Part shown: positions 61,212-64,000 of the stretch, piece by piece | How positions within the stretch are numbered: position 1 is the first letter of the stretch | Layout: each line of letters opens with the position of its first letter | Assembly (NCBI GenBank): GCA_036504755.1 | Contig: DASXUP010000013.1 | Span: forward strand, 8,976-72,975 | Source of the DNA: Coriobacteriia bacterium | Lineage (GTDB): Bacteria; Actinomycetota; Coriobacteriia; Anaerosomatales; JAJZPX01 | DNA: 64,000 nucleotides | Direction: 5' to 3' | Made by a program: the position numbers and the translations under genes | The notes under the pieces: model-generated | The model's input: only the letters and a program-made list of their open reading frames with translations | What the model was told of the DNA's origin: nothing | Databases searched by the model: none

Positions 61212-64000
61212 ATGAAGAGGAATGGAAGGTATCGGAAGGCGGGGAGCGCGGTCCTCACCGCGGTGCTGCTGTTGAGCCAGCTGCTCGTGTTCGCGGCGGC
61301 TCCCGCGGTGGCGTGCGACCGGAGCTGGAACGCGGAGGTGCTGGCGCACCTCGGGGGCTCCTCGCTGAACAAGGTCGTCGTCAGCGGCGGCTACGCTTAC
61401 GCGGCGGCGAACGGGGCGTTCGTGGTGTTCGACGTCGGCAACCCCGCGGCGCCTAAAGTGCTGTCGCAGGTGCCGCTCGGGGGCAACGCCGAGGACGTCG
61501 CGCTGGACGGGAGCTTCGCGTACGTCGTGGGCGACTGGGGCGACATGCAGATCGTCGACGTCACGACCCCCACGGTGCCGGTCTGTCGCGGGACCGTCGG
61601 TTGGGGCGGCGCGATGCACGGGGTGGCCGTGGCGGGCGACCGCGCGTACGTCACCTCGGACGGACACGGCTTCAAGGTCGTGGACGTCGCCGACAAGGAC
61701 GCTCCTTACCTCGTCAGCTATGCCGGTCCTCCGACCGGCGCCGAGTACTACGACGTGGCACTGGCGGGCGGCAAGGCGTTCGTGAGCTACGGCGCCGACC
61801 CCTCGGCCGTGACAAGGATCCGCGAGTTCGACATCAGCAACCTGGATGCGGCTCCGGTCAAGGTCGGCAACGACTACAGCGTGCCCGGGCTGAGCGTATC
61901 GGTGAGCTCACTCGTGGCCTCCGGCAGCCTGGTGTTCGCGGCCGAGGCCGCGCGCGGGCTCGAGGTCGTCGATTTCACGACGCCCACCGTGCCCGCACAG
62001 CGCGGGACGCACACCGTGGCGGGAGCCGGCGGCTTCGACCTGTTCAAGTCCGGCTCCACTCTCTACCTCGCGGCGGGCGACTCGGGCATGCCCATCCTCG
62101 ACGTCGCCGACCCGGCCGCACCGTCGCTGCTCGGCACGCTCGCGGGTTCGTACACGGCCGTAGCGGCCGCGGCGGGCAAGGCGTACCTGGCGAAGAACGG
62201 CACGCTCACCGTGGCCGACGTCTCGAATCCGGCGGCCCCCGCGGCGCTCGGATCGGTGCGGCTGGTGCCGGCCGACGCCAAGGACGTCTTCGTCTCCGGT
62301 GACTACGAGTACGTGGCCGCCGGCGCGGACGGTCTGCTGAAGGTGAGCTTCGACGAGACCAGCGGCGCGCGCATCGTCGGCAGCTACGTGATGGCGAACG
62401 CGAGCAAGGTGGTCGTGACCGGCGACTTCGCGTACGTCGCCGATGGCACCAACCTGAGGATACTGGACGTCAGCACCGGCACGCCCTCGCCTGTGGGCGG
62501 GGCGGTGGTGAGCGGCGCGATCGAGGGAATGGCCATCGACGGAGACCGGCTGTACCTGGCCGAGGGCTCCGGCGGCATGCAGGTGATGGACATCACGGCG
62601 CGCGCCGTTCCCGTGTCGCTCGGCGTCTACCACGATCCCGGCTCCCCGGTGCACGCCGTGGCCGCCGACGGTTCGCGGGTCTTCATCGGCGTGAACGGCG
62701 GCACGGTCGTCTCGCTCAACGCGGCGAACCCCGCGGCCATGACCGTTCGCGACAGCATGGGGACTTACGGCGACGTACTGTCGCTGTCGATCGCCGGCGA
62801 CCTGCTCTATGCCGGCACTTCCCAGAAGGTATACAAGATCGACGCGAGCGACCCGGCCGACATCTTCCAGATCGGTCACTACTACTACTTCGGTGAGAAC
62901 GTCGTCGCCGTGAAGGGCGCGGGCAACTACGCCTTCGCCGCCACGGACGTAGGCTTCTATCTGATCGACTTCTCCGACGCCGTGAATCCTTACATCGCCA
63001 CCGACTTCGGCGAGTGGACGATGGCGATCGGCGGCCTCGACACGCGGGACAACGTCGTGTTCCTCGCCGCTCGCGACGCGGGCTTCTACGCGGTACGGGT
63101 GCCGGTGGTGCGGACGTCCGGCACCACGCGCTACGACACCTCTGTCGAGATGTCGAAGGCCAACTGGACGTCCGCGAACTACGTGGTGCTCGCCACCGGC
63201 GCGAACTACGCAGACGCGGCTTGTGCGGCCCCGCTCGCGAACGAGCGCGGGGGCCCGTTGATGCTGGTGCACCCGCTCGGTATCTCCGGCGGGGTGCTGG
63301 CCGAGATCCAGCGCCTGGCCGAGGGCGCAGGCGGCATCGGCTCGATGAACGTCGTCATCGCGGGCAGCGCGAAGGTGGTCCCCGCGAGCGTCGAGACGGC
63401 GCTCCGGGGCTTGGGCATCCCGAGCGGCAACATCCAGCGGCTCGCCGGTGCCGATCGATACGACACCGCACGCATGATCGCGCACGAGTTCAAGGTCGCG
63501 CACGGCAGCAACCCGGCCACCGCGTTCGTCGCCACCGGCGACAACTTCCCGGACGCGCTCACGGTGTCCGGACTAGCGGCGTACCTCGAGAGCCCGGTGC
63601 TGCTCGTGAAGAAGACCTACGCGCCGCCGGCCACGCAGGCCGCGTTCGACGACCTCGGCCACCCGGCGCTCATCGCGGTAGGGGGTGAGTCGGTCGTCTC
63701 GGCGGCGCTGTACAACAGCCTGGGCTGCGTGGACCGCATCTCGGGTTCGACCAGGTACGGCACCGCGAAGGAGATCGCGATGTACGCGCTCGAGCACGGC
63801 TTCGGCACGGGCGAGCTGATCGTCACGACCGGCGTCAACTTCCCGGACGCGCTCGTGTCCGGAGTGGTCGCCGCCAAGCGCACGAGCCCTGTGCTGCTCG
63901 CCAACACCGAGCTTCCGGACGATACGAGCTGGTACATCGGGAACTACAAGTCCGACATCAAGAAGATCACGGTGGTCGGTTCGTCCAAGGCGGTCTCGCA
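61212..64000 (+). CDS. Secreted LVIVD-repeat (beta-propeller) surface protein with C-terminal CWB2 cell-wall-binding repeats. The 3' end runs off the window, so it is absent from the ORF track.
   Basis: ATG 61212 follows GAGGGAGG. Signal AVLTAVLLLSQLLVFAAAPAVA. Repeated units include ..AY.A.G..G..V.DVS.P..P (FVVFDVGNPAAPKV, MQIVDVTTPTVP, FKVVDVADKDAP, LEVVDFTTPTVP, MPILDVADPAAPS, LTVADVSNPAAPA, LRILDVSTGTPSP and MQVMDITARAVP). From about 63115 there are three CWB2-like repeats (TRYDTSVEMS...VVLATGANYADAACAAPLA, DRYDTARMIA...FVATGDNFPDALTVSGLAA and TRYGTAKEIA...IVTTGVNFPDALVSGVVAA). Confidence 0.8.
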   Translation, partial: MKRNGRYRKAGSAVLTAVLLLSQLLVFAAAPAVACDRSWNAEVLAHLGGSSLNKVVVSGGYAYAAANGAFVVFDVGNPAAPKVLSQVPLGGNAEDVALDGSFAYVVGDWGDMQIVDVTTPTVPVCRGTVGWGGAMHGVAVAGDRAYVTSDGHGFKVVDVADKDAPYLVSYAGPPTGAEYYDVALAGGKAFVSYGADPSAVTRIREFDISNLDAAPVKVGNDYSVPGLSVSVSSLVASGSLVFAAEAARGLEVVDFTTPTVPAQRGTHTVAGAGGFDLFKSGSTLYLAAGDSGMPILDVADPAAPSLLGTLAGSYTAVAAAAGKAYLAKNGTLTVADVSNPAAPAALGSVRLVPADAKDVFVSGDYEYVAAGADGLLKVSFDETSGARIVGSYVMANASKVVVTGDFAYVADGTNLRILDVSTGTPSPVGGAVVSGAIEGMAIDGDRLYLAEGSGGMQVMDITARAVPVSLGVYHDPGSPVHAVAADGSRVFIGVNGGTVVSLNAANPAAMTVRDSMGTYGDVLSLSIAGDLLYAGTSQKVYKIDASDPADIFQIGHYYYFGENVVAVKGAGNYAFAATDVGFYLIDFSDAVNPYIATDFGEWTMAIGGLDTRDNVVFLAARDAGFYAVRVPVVRTSGTTRYDTSVEMSKANWTSANYVVLATGANYADAACAAPLANERGGPLMLVHPLGISGGVLAEIQRLAEGAGGIGSMNVVIAGSAKVVPASVETALRGLGIPSGNIQRLAGADRYDTARMIAHEFKVAHGSNPATAFVATGDNFPDALTVSGLAAYLESPVLLVKKTYAPPATQAAFDDLGHPALIAVGGESVVSAALYNSLGCVDRISGSTRYGTAKEIAMYALEHGFGTGELIVTTGVNFPDALVSGVVAAKRTSPVLLANTELPDDTSWYIGNYKSDIKKITVVGSSKAVS

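Noticed and set aside
61908-63503. 531-aa minus-strand ORF
   Set aside because: It is antisense to the LVIVD/CWB2 gene, whose repeats and signal peptide are clear. Its composition is Arg/Gly/His/Asp-rich.
1-64000. Search for tRNA/rRNA genes, CRISPR arrays, transposases, integrases and toxin-antitoxin pairs
   Set aside because: - No intergenic region contains tRNA-like T-arm or acceptor features.
- There are no regularly spaced short repeats.
- No ORF shows DDE, tyrosine- or serine-recombinase motifs.
- The only repeats are the intragenic protease modules, the flp duplication and the two paralogous ATPase/RCK cassettes.

Overview
Very GC-rich segment that looks like the chromosome of a monoderm Actinomycetota-type organism. 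The taxon is an inference from gene content, codon bias and synteny. I support about 60 protein genes. I saw no rRNA, tRNA, CRISPR array, transposase or integrase. Both window edges cut through large secreted surface proteins that the ORF track misses because they reach no stop codon: an S8 protease on the minus strand (1..3263) and an LVIVD beta-propeller protein on the plus strand (61212..64000). Both carry CWB2-type cell-wall-binding repeats.

Gene order, left to right:
- A membrane protein, DUF488, a Cache/HAMP/GAF/PP2C sensor phosphatase, a metallophosphoesterase and a small lmo0937-type membrane protein.
- A long minus-strand block (19441 down to 7965) with two paralogous cassettes, each a P2-type ATPase plus two TrkA/RCK genes. 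One cassette adds an orphan ABC ATPase. The block ends with a KdpD/KdpE-like two-component pair.
- An NDH-2-like flavoprotein, divergent from a YruB-type glutaredoxin gene and an FTR-catalytic/Rieske fusion gene. The fusion gene is interrupted by an in-frame TGA exactly in the CPC redox motif.
- cysK plus an Rrf2 regulator, then livKHMGF.
- A deaminase plus an MTAP-like phosphorylase, then a GNAT.
- A Tim44-like / SPFH-Zn-ribbon / Tim44-like triad.
- A futalosine-pathway operon (mqnE, lipoprotein, mqnA, mqnC).
- An Opu-type betaine/choline ABC system, then tilS-hpt-ftsH.
- A GAF kinase, a NarL regulator and an orphan receiver, followed by a complete Gram-positive-style Tad/Flp pilus locus: two tandem flp genes, tadE, a tadG-like gene, cpaB, tadZ, cpaF, a vWA-TadB fusion and tadC.
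- folE, cca (opposite strand) and folP.

Most interesting:
1. The candidate selenocysteine codon with a SECIS-like hairpin in the FTRc-Rieske fusion.
2. The duplicated P2C-like pump + RCK + Kdp-type regulator module, which has no channel subunit.
3. The SPFH/Tim44 triad.
4. The vWA-TadB fusion and the duplicated, C-terminally diverged flp genes.

Many long ORFs in the track are off-frame or antisense shadows typical of high-GC DNA, and I rejected them.
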